A DNA stretch of 64,000 bases, taken from the IMG/VR virus record IMGVR_UViG_3300042519_004024, positions 149,925-213,924 of that record; one strand, given 5' to 3'. Under the pieces are notes generated by a model, which saw nothing but the letters and a program-made list of their open reading frames with translations, was not told the DNA's origin and ran no database searches. Positions 55,422 through 64,000 of the stretch are shown here, piece after piece (the stretch's first letter is position 1; each line of letters opens with the position of its first letter). Position numbers and translations under genes: made by a program.

Positions 55422-56065
55422 GAATATTAATTTTAGTTCTTTCATATGACGATTCAGGAATATATACTGAATTTTATAAAACACAAAAACAAACGTGGGA
55501 TAGTTTACCCGTTGAAGGTGTTGAAACATATTACTATTTTGGTAATAATAATGAAAATATAATAGTCGGTAATAATATTTTAACAGATGTCCCTGAGAGT
55601 TTAATAAATTGTGGTAATAAATCTATAGAAGCCTTTAAACTTATTTCTAATATGGATTTTGATTTTGTTTTTAGAACAAATTCAAGTTCGTATATTGATA
55701 AGAATCTATTAAAATTACATTTAGAAAATAAACCCAAAAACAATTTTTATTCTGGAATTTTAGGGAATCATTTTGGTATACCTTTTTGCTCAGGATCCGG
55801 GTTCGTTCTATCTAAAGACTTAGTGCATTTATTAATAGACAATAAAGAAAAATTAGATTTTAGTTTGATTGACGACGTTTGTTTTGGAAAATTTCTTTCT
55901 TCTAATAATATTCCTTTAATAAATTCATATAGATTTGATTTAACTTATAATACAAATGAAATTGATGAGGGATTTTTTCACTATAGACTTAAAACTAATA
56001 ATAGAATAAACGACATAAATAATATGATATTAATACACAAAAAAAAATTAAAATGGAAAAAATAA
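55418..56065 (+). CDS. GT31 (galactosyltransferase/Fringe)-like protein
   Basis: QTW, K...AFK, FDFVFRTNSSSYID, FCSGSGFVLSKDLV, IDDVCFG. Confidence 0.65.
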   Translation: MRILILVLSYDDSGIYTEFYKTQKQTWDSLPVEGVETYYYFGNNNENIIVGNNILTDVPESLINCGNKSIEAFKLISNMDFDFVFRTNSSSYIDKNLLKLHLENKPKNNFYSGILGNHFGIPFCSGSGFVLSKDLVHLLIDNKEKLDFSLIDDVCFGKFLSSNNIPLINSYRFDLTYNTNEIDEGFFHYRLKTNNRINDINNMILIHKKKLKWKK

Positions 56066-56637
56066 ATTTAATATACGAAAAACAATGTTCAACACCTTCA
56101 GATATAAATGAACATCTACCAACATTACTTAAATATGCTAATGAATGTGAACACATAACAGAAATGGGTGTTAGGTGGGTATCATCTACTTGGCCACTAC
56201 TTTTATCTAACCCAAAAAAAATGATTAGTTACGATATTGTTAGACATCCTAAAATTGAGGAGGTAATTGATTTATCTAAAAATTACAACATAGATTATCA
56301 ATTTATTCAATCGGATGTTTTAACTATAGAAATAGAAGAGACGGAATTATTATTTATAGATACATTACACACATATAATCAATTAATCTGTGAGTTGGAT
56401 ATTCATTCTGACAAATGTTCAAAATATATCATTTTACACGACACCACAACTTTTGGGGATGTCGATGAAAATGTATATAGTCACGCAAGTCCTCTAATTA
56501 TAAATGAATCAAAAAACAAACAAGGTTTATGGACAGCAGTGTTAGATTTTTTAGAATCGGAAAAAGGGAACCTTTGGAAAGTAAAAGAAAGATTTACAAA
56601 TAATAATGGATTAACTATATTAGAAAGAAAAAAGTAA
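56053..56637 (+). CDS. Class I SAM-dependent methyltransferase (Methyltransf_24-like)
   Basis: EMGVRWVSST, LLFIDTLHTY, IILHDT, NNNGLTIL. Confidence 0.8.
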   Translation: MEKINLIYEKQCSTPSDINEHLPTLLKYANECEHITEMGVRWVSSTWPLLLSNPKKMISYDIVRHPKIEEVIDLSKNYNIDYQFIQSDVLTIEIEETELLFIDTLHTYNQLICELDIHSDKCSKYIILHDTTTFGDVDENVYSHASPLIINESKNKQGLWTAVLDFLESEKGNLWKVKERFTNNNGLTILERKK

Positions 56638-57341
56638 TGTTAACAATTCATACTTTAACATATAACGAAGAATTAATGATAGAATTTTTTGTAAATCATT
56701 ATAGAAAATTATTTCCAAATTGTATTATTAAAATATATGATAATTATTCTACCGATAATACTGTAAATATTGCAAAAAATTTGGGGTGTGAAATTTTTTA
56801 TTATGACTCAAATAATAATTTGTCTGATTCTAAATATTTAGAGATAAAAAATAACTGTTGGAAAAATTCAAATACCGATTGGGTTATTGTTTGCGATTGT
56901 GATGAATTAATTCAAATAAACCAAGAAGAGTTAATTAATGAGGATAAAAACGGAACTACCCTTTTTAAATTTAAAGGTTATCATATTATGAATACAGATG
57001 ATGAATTAAATTTAAATAATTTATCATTTGGGTTTCCTGATACTATGTATGATAAAATTTTATTATTTAATAAGTCAAAAATTACTGATATAAATTATGA
57101 ACCGGGTTGTCATTCGGCATCTCCAATAGGAAGTGTAATATATTCTAAAAATATTTATAATCTTTTACATTACAAATATTTAGGAGTTAACTATACTGTT
57201 GATAGATATAAAATGTTTGCGGAAAGAATATCAGACGAAAATTTAAAATTTGGATGGGCAATTCATTATTTAAAAAAAGAAAACGAAATAGTTGAGGATT
57301 ACATAAAAAATAAAAAAAATTTAATAAAAGTTAAAAATTAA
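56637..57341 (+). CDS. GT2-like glycosyltransferase
   Basis: YNEE, YDNYSTDNT, DWVIVCDCDE, PGCH, LLHYK. Confidence 0.8.
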   Translation: MLTIHTLTYNEELMIEFFVNHYRKLFPNCIIKIYDNYSTDNTVNIAKNLGCEIFYYDSNNNLSDSKYLEIKNNCWKNSNTDWVIVCDCDELIQINQEELINEDKNGTTLFKFKGYHIMNTDDELNLNNLSFGFPDTMYDKILLFNKSKITDINYEPGCHSASPIGSVIYSKNIYNLLHYKYLGVNYTVDRYKMFAERISDENLKFGWAIHYLKKENEIVEDYIKNKKNLIKVKN

Positions 57342-57342
57342 A

Positions 57343-57906
57343 ATGAAAATAAACGAAAGAGGATATTGGGAAACCTTTGATTCTGAAGGACATATTTTTG
57401 ATTCTTCATTATCAAATAAAGTGATTGAATTTTCAATCGAAAATAATGTAAAAACATTTTGTGATTTTGGATGTGGAATGGGTGATTATGTATCAAAATT
57501 ATTAGACAATGGGTTTATATGCGAAGCTTACGATGGAAATCCGAACACAGAAAAATTAACTAATGGAATTGCTAAAACTTTAGATTTATCAATTCCATTT
57601 GAATTAAATAAAAAATTTGATTGTGTTTTAAGTTTTGAAGTTGGGGAACATATACCTTCTGAATACGAGAGCGTTTTTATTAATAACTTGTGTAATCACT
57701 CTGAAAATTTAATTATTGTGAGTTGGGCGGTAGAAGGACAACCAGGTCACGGACACGTAAATTGTAGAAATAATGATTATATTATAAAGGAGTTTGAAAA
57801 AAGAGATTTTATTTATGATGAAATCAATAGTACATCTCTACGTAATAGTCATTCAAATGCTTGGTGGTTTAAAAACACAATAATGGTATTTAAAAAAAAT
57901 AAATAA
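57343..57906 (+). CDS. Class I SAM-dependent methyltransferase
   Basis: DFGCGMG, FDCVLSFEVGEHIP, GQPGHGHVNC. Confidence 0.85.
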   Translation: MKINERGYWETFDSEGHIFDSSLSNKVIEFSIENNVKTFCDFGCGMGDYVSKLLDNGFICEAYDGNPNTEKLTNGIAKTLDLSIPFELNKKFDCVLSFEVGEHIPSEYESVFINNLCNHSENLIIVSWAVEGQPGHGHVNCRNNDYIIKEFEKRDFIYDEINSTSLRNSHSNAWWFKNTIMVFKKNK

Positions 57907-57907
57907 T

Positions 57908-58474
57908 ATGGAACATTTTTATAAAAAAATAGATGGATGGTTTAATATGGAAAACGAATATTCAGAATTATTAAACTTTTGCAATGATGGTTCTAATTTT
58001 GTTGAACTTGGAGCATGGAAAGGTAAAAGTACTTGTTATGCGGTTGTTGAACTATTAAACAATAATAAAAAAATAAATTTTTTTACTGTTGACACATTTG
58101 AAGGAGTGACTGCAGGATCAGATTTGAATGAAGTAAATGCTTACCTTAAAGAAGATAAAAATATACTCGATCAATTTATAAAAAACACTGAACCGATTAA
58201 AGAAAATTTTAAATATTTTATTTATGATAGTGCAACAGCATCTAATTTGTTTGAGGACTCGTCGGTTGATGCGATATTCATCGATGCGGGACATTCTTAT
58301 GAATCGGTTAAAAAAGATATAGAATCTTGGTTTAATAAAATGAAACCAGACAGTATTATGTCCGGTCACGACTACTGTGAATCTTGGCCTGGAGTTATTA
58401 AAGCAGTTGATGAATTTTTTGGTAAACCGGATAAGGTTATTAATAGATGTTGGTTTAAATACGTAAAAAAATAA
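57908..58474 (+). CDS. Class I SAM-dependent methyltransferase (Methyltransf_24-like)
   Basis: VELGAWKGKST, VDTF, IFIDAGHSYE, GHDY, WPGV..AVDE. Confidence 0.85.
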   Translation: MEHFYKKIDGWFNMENEYSELLNFCNDGSNFVELGAWKGKSTCYAVVELLNNNKKINFFTVDTFEGVTAGSDLNEVNAYLKEDKNILDQFIKNTEPIKENFKYFIYDSATASNLFEDSSVDAIFIDAGHSYESVKKDIESWFNKMKPDSIMSGHDYCESWPGVIKAVDEFFGKPDKVINRCWFKYVKK

Positions 58475-58478
58475 TAAC

Positions 58479-59510
58479 ATGAAAAAAATATTAATTTTAG
58501 GTGGTGGTGGATTCATAGGAGGACATTTATCTAAAAGATTATATGATGAAGGAAACTTTGTTAGGGTTGTTGATATTAAACAACATGAATATTTTAAACA
58601 AGAAGAATATTGTACAGAATTTATATTAGGTGATTTAAGAGATCAGAACTTAGTTTCAAGAGTTATGTTCGCACCGAACCAAACATCGTTAAATGATATT
58701 GAAAACTCATTTGATGAGGTATATCAGTTAGCTGCAGATATGGGTGGTGCTGGATATATTTTTACAGGGGAGAATGATGCAAATGTTATGCACAATTCAG
58801 CACTTATTAATTTAAATGTTGTTGATTATGCAACAAAATTTAATGTAAAAAAAGTATTTTATTCTTCATCCGCATGTATGTACCCTGAACATAATCAGCT
58901 TAATCCTGAAAATCCTAACTGTGAAGAATCTTCAGCATACCCAGCGAATCCCGATAGTGAATACGGTTGGGAAAAGTTATTTAGTGAAAGATTATACCTC
59001 TCATTCAAAAGAAATTACGGACTAAACGTAAGAATTGCAAGGTTCCATAATATCTTTGGGCCTTACGGAACTTGGGATGGTGGTAAGGAGAAGGTCCCTG
59101 CAGCGATGTGTAGAAAAGTTGCTGAATCAGATACAGAAATTGAAGTGTGGGGTGACGGTAAACAAACAAGATCCTTTCTTTATATAGATGAATGTATAGA
59201 AGCGGTATTAAGATTAATGGATAGTAATTTTGTTGGCCCGGTTAACATAGGTTCTGAAGAAATGGTAACAATAAATCAATTGGCTCAAATGGCTATTGAT
59301 ATTTCAGAAAAGAATATTAAAATTAAAAATATACAAGGAGACGAATTTCAACTCAAGTACGGTTTTAAATGTCCTGTTGGTGTGAGGGGTAGAAATTCAG
59401 ACAACAAGCTTTATGAAACAAAAATTGGTTGGTCAGTTTCTGAACCACTAATCGAAGGTATGAAAAAAACATACGAATGGATTAATAAACAAGTATTTTT
59501 AAATAAATGA
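58479..59510 (+). CDS. NAD-dependent epimerase, GDP-mannose 3',5'-epimerase-like
   Basis: GGGGFIG, LAADMGG, SSACMYPE, YGWEK, RFHNIFGPYGTWDGGKEK.PAAMCRK, GVRGRNSDN. Confidence 0.88.
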   Translation: MKKILILGGGGFIGGHLSKRLYDEGNFVRVVDIKQHEYFKQEEYCTEFILGDLRDQNLVSRVMFAPNQTSLNDIENSFDEVYQLAADMGGAGYIFTGENDANVMHNSALINLNVVDYATKFNVKKVFYSSSACMYPEHNQLNPENPNCEESSAYPANPDSEYGWEKLFSERLYLSFKRNYGLNVRIARFHNIFGPYGTWDGGKEKVPAAMCRKVAESDTEIEVWGDGKQTRSFLYIDECIEAVLRLMDSNFVGPVNIGSEEMVTINQLAQMAIDISEKNIKIKNIQGDEFQLKYGFKCPVGVRGRNSDNKLYETKIGWSVSEPLIEGMKKTYEWINKQVFLNK

Positions 59511-60241
59511 CAAGAAGAAAACCCCAACCTCAAAACGAAGAAAGTGAGTCTAAACCTTTTTCAAAAAAAGATTTTATAAATTCCGTCATAAAGAAAAAAG
59601 TTAAAAATAAATTTTTAACAGAAAATCAAGAACATTATTATAACCTTTTAAAAAATAATCAAATCACTATTTGTTCAGGACCCGCAGGTGTAGGTAAATC
59701 GTACATAGCAATGAAAGCTGCGGTAGACTTATTAATGGATACTAATAATTCATATGAAAAATTAGTTATTGTTCGTCCAGCAGTTGAAGCGGAAGAAAAA
59801 CTTGGATCTTTACCTGGTAATCTTGAAGAGAAATTAGATCCATATATTTTTCCATCTTATTACTTATTAAATAAAATTATAGGTAAAGATGCTCGCGAAA
59901 AATTAAAAGATGCCGAAATTATAGAAGTTTTTGCATTAGCATATATGAGAGGTATGAATATAGACAATACAATTTTAATTTTTGAAGAATCTCAAAATTC
60001 AAGTCCAAATCAAATGAAATTACTATTGACAAGAATAGGGTTCAATAGTAAATTTTTTATATCGGGAGATATCGAACAAACTGATAGGTATAAAGATAAA
60101 AAACATTCAGGACTTTACGACGCAATACAAAGATTTAAAAATATACATGATGTCGGTGTTTTTGAATTTGGTGACGGTGATGTTGTTAGAAATCCACTGA
60201 TAAGTAAGATATTAAAAAAATATGATGAGAATAGGGATTGA
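59507..60241 (+). CDS. phoH: PhoH-family ATPase
   Basis: GPAGVGKS, RPAVE, LGSLPG, YMRG, EESQN, LTRIG, GDIEQTD, VVRNPL. Confidence 0.92.
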   Translation: MTRRKPQPQNEESESKPFSKKDFINSVIKKKVKNKFLTENQEHYYNLLKNNQITICSGPAGVGKSYIAMKAAVDLLMDTNNSYEKLVIVRPAVEAEEKLGSLPGNLEEKLDPYIFPSYYLLNKIIGKDAREKLKDAEIIEVFALAYMRGMNIDNTILIFEESQNSSPNQMKLLLTRIGFNSKFFISGDIEQTDRYKDKKHSGLYDAIQRFKNIHDVGVFEFGDGDVVRNPLISKILKKYDENRD

Positions 60242-60872
60242 GATTAACGGAGTTTTAAGGGACACTATTGGGAAGTTTACTCAATTGTATGAAAAACATA
60301 TGATTGATGAAAAAGAAGACGGTAACAAAACTTACGAGCTGGATATGTCGGGTAATACAGAGGAATTAATCCCTAAAGAAGATTTTGAATACAGGATTTT
60401 AAGTGATGTAACGTCATTAAATTTAATGGATCATTTTAGATTTAATGATGAAAATGAATTATACTCTTTTATGTACGAAGATTTTGCAATGCAAATTTTT
60501 GGTCACGCAGGATCATCAGAAACTTTTTCATTTAATGACTTAAATGAATTTTATTTAAAATATAGAGATGAAAATGAATTGTTAATAGTTTCTGATGAAA
60601 TGGGTAAATCAAAACCCGCATCTTTATTCTTTCTTTCAAAGTTCGGATGTTTAGTAGAAAAAATAAAATTTTACTCAAATACCACAATTAATTCAATGTG
60701 GGATGAAATAGACATTTTACTTACGGCAAATCCTTCCTTATTATTAGAAAAACCAAATAATAAGATTGTCGTTAAATATAACACACCTTATAATAAAAAT
60801 GTCAATTGTGAATATGAGATTAGTTCATTGAAGGAGTTTGACGAAATTTTACAAAAAAACAAATTATGTTAA
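60222..60872 (+). CDS. 5'(3')-nucleotidase-like HAD fold protein with degenerate catalytic motifs
   Basis: MRIGIEINGVLRD (vs IGIDIDGVL), DILLTANP (vs lIDD), TPYN. Confidence 0.55.
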   Translation: MMRIGIEINGVLRDTIGKFTQLYEKHMIDEKEDGNKTYELDMSGNTEELIPKEDFEYRILSDVTSLNLMDHFRFNDENELYSFMYEDFAMQIFGHAGSSETFSFNDLNEFYLKYRDENELLIVSDEMGKSKPASLFFLSKFGCLVEKIKFYSNTTINSMWDEIDILLTANPSLLLEKPNNKIVVKYNTPYNKNVNCEYEISSLKEFDEILQKNKLC

Positions 60873-61150
60873 AATTTTTAGGAGAGAATTATTACCTAGA
60901 CATTAATGAGCTAGAGAAACAGGTTAGTTATGAAAAATCAGTACTACCTATAACTGGAGATACTGAGAACTCGGACCAACAAATTAGTGTTACAAGATAT
61001 GACACATTTAAAAGTCTAATTGAGGTATTACTAACTGAGAGAGAAGAGTTAGATGAAACTTTAGGTATTCATGGAGCGAAAGATTTAACAATACCATTTA
61101 AAATCGCATTCAATACTTTATTAATAAACAATATATTAAAAACACTTTAA
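60866..61150 (+). CDS. Hypothetical protein
   Basis: 94-aa ORF overlapping upstream stop. Confidence 0.7.
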   Translation: MLKFLGENYYLDINELEKQVSYEKSVLPITGDTENSDQQISVTRYDTFKSLIEVLLTEREELDETLGIHGAKDLTIPFKIAFNTLLINNILKTL

Positions 61151-61154
61151 AAAA

Positions 61155-62219
61155 ATGGAATTAGAAAAAATTCAAAAACTTGAGAAGTCATTAGAGAACC
61201 TAATTAATAAATCCGCAAGAATTTATTTTTTAGTACAGGACACAAAAGGTAACCCAAAAGCCGGAATAAAATACATTTATGACATGGCATTAACATTAAA
61301 AAATAATGGGTTTAACTCTATTATTATTCACGAAACGAAAGAATATAGTGGAGTTGCTGAGTGGTTAGGGGAGAAATACATGGAATTACCTCACCAACCA
61401 ATAGAAAATCAAAATTTGGCAATTTCACCTGAAGATTTTATTATTATACCTGAAATCTACGCACACGTAATGGAGCAATTAAAAAATTTCCCGTGTGGTA
61501 AAATTGTTTTGTGTCAAGCATACGACCAAATACTTGAAACGTTACCTCCAGGGATTACTTGGGCTCAGTATGGTTTTATTAAATGTATTACAACTTCTGA
61601 GACACAAAAAAAATACATTTCAGAAATTATGAAAAATGTAAATATCGATATGGTTGAACCATATATTTCAGAACATTTTACAAGAAAAGAAAAACCATCA
61701 AAGCCAATCATTTCTATTCACACAAGAGAACCTAGAGATACTGCCAAAATTATAAAAACTTTTTATTTGAAGTTCCCACAATATAGATGGATAACATTTA
61801 GAGATATGAGGGGTATTAAACAAGAAGATTTTTCTAAATTTTTGAAAGATTCATACGTTTCAGTTTGGGTTGATAACGAGTCGGCATTTGGAACATATCC
61901 TTTAGAGTGTATGATAACGGGGACACCGGTAATTGGTAAGGTGCCTAACTTAAAACCTGAATGGATGAACGAAGAGAATGGTGTTTGGACATACCAATTT
62001 AATGAGATTGTTGACATTATTGCTAACTATACACAAAATTGGTTAGAGGATAATATCTCTGATGAACTTTATAATAAAATGTATGAAACAGGTATGAAAT
62101 ATTCACAAAAAGACATGTTTGAAACATCAGTATTAGGTTTGTTTAATGAGTATTTTGAAAAAAGAACAAATTCGTTTTCTGAACAATTAGAAAAAATAAA
62201 AGTATCTGAAGAAAAATAA
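61155..62219 (+). CDS. GT-B glycosyltransferase (GT4-like)
   Basis: DFIIIPE, ESAFGTYPLECMITGTPVIG. Confidence 0.75.
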   Translation: MELEKIQKLEKSLENLINKSARIYFLVQDTKGNPKAGIKYIYDMALTLKNNGFNSIIIHETKEYSGVAEWLGEKYMELPHQPIENQNLAISPEDFIIIPEIYAHVMEQLKNFPCGKIVLCQAYDQILETLPPGITWAQYGFIKCITTSETQKKYISEIMKNVNIDMVEPYISEHFTRKEKPSKPIISIHTREPRDTAKIIKTFYLKFPQYRWITFRDMRGIKQEDFSKFLKDSYVSVWVDNESAFGTYPLECMITGTPVIGKVPNLKPEWMNEENGVWTYQFNEIVDIIANYTQNWLEDNISDELYNKMYETGMKYSQKDMFETSVLGLFNEYFEKRTNSFSEQLEKIKVSEEK

Positions 62220-62224
62220 AAAAA

Positions 62225-63028
62225 ATGGAAAAATTTAATGTATCAGTAATATTACCAATAAACTCATCAGCACATAGAGGTTTCGATGATTTATTTGACA
62301 GAGCAATAAAATCTTTATCAATACAAAGTTTACCAGTTAATGAACTAGTGATTGTACATTCAGGTGAAGATTCTCTAAAAAACTTTTTATCAAGTTATGA
62401 TTTTAGTGGACTAACCACAAACATAGTACAAAATGATGGTGATTTTGATTTTTGTACACAAGTTAATTTAGGTGTTGAAAACGCCAAAAGTGAATGGATT
62501 AGTGTGTTAGAATTTGATGATGAGTATTCAAGTATTTGGTTTAAAAATGTTAAAAGATTTGCCGATTCTTATCCTGAAGTAGATGCATTCCTTCCTTTGG
62601 TTGTCGATACTGACGATAAAGGTATGTTCGTAGGGTTTACAAATGAAGCCACGTTCGCAGCAAGTTTAAATACGGAAATCGGGTATCTAACTAACGATGT
62701 TTTACTTTCATACCAAAACTTCCAAACTAGTGGGATGGTTATTAAAAAATCAACATTTAAAGATAATGGAGGATTTAAAGCATCAATGAAACTTACTTTT
62801 GTTTATGAACTACTATTAAGACTTACTTATAATTCTACAAAAATAATGACTGTACCAAGAATTGGTTACAAACATATGAACCTTAGAGAAGGATCTATTT
62901 TTTGGAATTACAAAAATGGTGAAGAAAAAATTTCAGATAATGAGGTATCTTTTTGGATCGATTCAGCAAAAAAAGAACATTTCTTCACAAATGATAGAAA
63001 TATAAAATATGTAGCAGAACAACAGTAA
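62225..63028 (+). CDS. GT2-like glycosyltransferase
   Basis: VSVILP, AIKSL..Q, NLGVENAKSEWISVLEFDD, GGF. Confidence 0.8.
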   Translation: MEKFNVSVILPINSSAHRGFDDLFDRAIKSLSIQSLPVNELVIVHSGEDSLKNFLSSYDFSGLTTNIVQNDGDFDFCTQVNLGVENAKSEWISVLEFDDEYSSIWFKNVKRFADSYPEVDAFLPLVVDTDDKGMFVGFTNEATFAASLNTEIGYLTNDVLLSYQNFQTSGMVIKKSTFKDNGGFKASMKLTFVYELLLRLTYNSTKIMTVPRIGYKHMNLREGSIFWNYKNGEEKISDNEVSFWIDSAKKEHFFTNDRNIKYVAEQQ

Positions 63029-63030
63029 TA

Positions 63031-63780
63031 ATGTTTCTATCCGATGAAAGCAGTGGGAATACATATGAAACGAATAAGACGGTAAAAAAACAAAAAAGTA
63101 ATAACTATTTTGATGTCCGTGAAGAAGAGGCTGTTAGAGATTATATCTTAGCAGAAACAAAAGAAGAAAAAGAAAAAATTTATAATGAATATCTTCGTAT
63201 GCCGTTAGACAAAATGATTGAGTCTATCATACGAAGATATAAATTATATAGAAAAGACATGGAATACATTGATGTCCACCATGATACCCATTCTTTTTTA
63301 ATGACAAAAGTGGATAAGTTTAAGCCAGCAAAAAATAAAAAGGCGTATTCTTATTTTGGTACAATATGTAAAAATTATTTAATGGGTCAAATTCTAAAAG
63401 ACCAAAAAGAAACAAACAGAAAAATTTCATACGAGGATATATCGGCAACTTTAGAAAATCGTCCTGATATGGTTTATTATTTAGAGTTTGAAAAAATAGA
63501 TGCCGAAAGAATAATTGATGTTTTTTTAGTTGACTTAAGAGCTTATGTTTATGAAAACACTTTAGTTGAAAATGAATTTAAATTAGGACAAGCACTGATT
63601 GAGTTGTTTGATAATTACGGTAACATTTTTATAGGTAATGATAATAATAAGTTCAATAAAAATATCGTACTCTTATCCTTAAGGGAAATGACTAATATGA
63701 ACACAAAAGAGATTAGGACGTTTTTAAAGAAATACAAATTACTATATTTACAGACTATAAAAAAAATACATAATCAATAA
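63031..63780 (+). CDS. Late-transcription sigma factor, T4 gp55-like
   Basis: NYF...AV..Y; KFKPAKNKKAYSYFGTICKNYL resembles the gp55/sigma region-2 'kFdP.k...aFaYFt.I..n' motif. Confidence 0.7.
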   Translation: MFLSDESSGNTYETNKTVKKQKSNNYFDVREEEAVRDYILAETKEEKEKIYNEYLRMPLDKMIESIIRRYKLYRKDMEYIDVHHDTHSFLMTKVDKFKPAKNKKAYSYFGTICKNYLMGQILKDQKETNRKISYEDISATLENRPDMVYYLEFEKIDAERIIDVFLVDLRAYVYENTLVENEFKLGQALIELFDNYGNIFIGNDNNKFNKNIVLLSLREMTNMNTKEIRTFLKKYKLLYLQTIKKIHNQ

Positions 63781-63796
63781 TTAAATATTTATTGTT

Positions 63797-64000
63797 ATGA
63801 ATAGAACTAGAAAAAAAGAAATCTCACTTAATAAAGATTCGGTATTAGGTTTGATGCAGGAAATTTATAACGAGTTAGTCGAACAACGCTCCACGGCAAT
63901 TAGGATTCAAAATAAGATGTTAGCCATGCTAAAGGATCCTGAAGATATGACACTTATTGGTCCAGTAATTAAAGAACAACAAAAAATAATTAACGACTAA
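63797..64000 (+). CDS. Hypothetical coiled-coil protein (stop coincides with window end)
   Basis: 67-aa ORF preceded by TATTTATT (63786-63793). Confidence 0.6.
   Translation: MNRTRKKEISLNKDSVLGLMQEIYNELVEQRSTAIRIQNKMLAMLKDPEDMTLIGPVIKEQQKIIND

Noticed and set aside
8566-58516. Many 60-170-aa antisense or alternate-frame ORFs in the track (e.g. 8566-8895, 18418-18924, 27512-27865, 49529-49891, 58118-58516)
   Set aside because: They shadow well-supported genes, show antisense-codon composition (S/F/I/V-rich) and have no motifs
1-64000. Stop-codon reassignment, tRNA genes, IS elements
   Set aside because: Genes are full length in the standard code, intergenic gaps are short and AT-rich, and no cloverleaf or transposase was seen

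Overview
A 64-kb, very AT-rich, densely coding slice of a large (jumbo-type) contractile-tailed dsDNA phage with a distantly T4-like gene set; the host cannot be determined from this window. It contains: a replication block (gp32-like SSB, RecA/UvsX, 5'-3' flap exonuclease, DnaB/gp41 helicase, class II B12-dependent RNR), a family B DNA polymerase, a SNF2 helicase, Mn-SOD, and neck/tail/baseplate genes (gp13/14/15-like, enlarged sheath, tube, tail assembly chaperone, tape measure, two >2000-aa baseplate proteins, gp53/gp25/gp6-like, fibres). It also has a late operon of probable head-internal proteins including a lone WYL domain, and a ~14-kb operon with ~8 glycosyltransferase-like genes, 3 SAM methyltransferases, a GDP-mannose 3,5-epimerase-like enzyme, dUTPase, PhoH and a gp55-like sigma factor. 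No tRNA, CRISPR array, reverse transcriptase, intein or IS was seen. Most interesting signals: (1) a possible self-encoded virion glycosylation system, pairing the glycan operon with an [S/T]-[G/A]-x-[T/S] motif enriched in virion proteins; (2) I-x-E-terminated leader peptides on SOD, a HAD phosphatase and the WYL protein, suggesting capsid-packaged enzymes; (3) a +1 (or -2) UUU_UUU_CGU frameshift in the tail chaperone; (4) a late promoter that is the reverse complement of T4's; (5) an OmpA-like domain splitting a baseplate tube-initiator. All family assignments are from motif recognition by eye; no database search was run.
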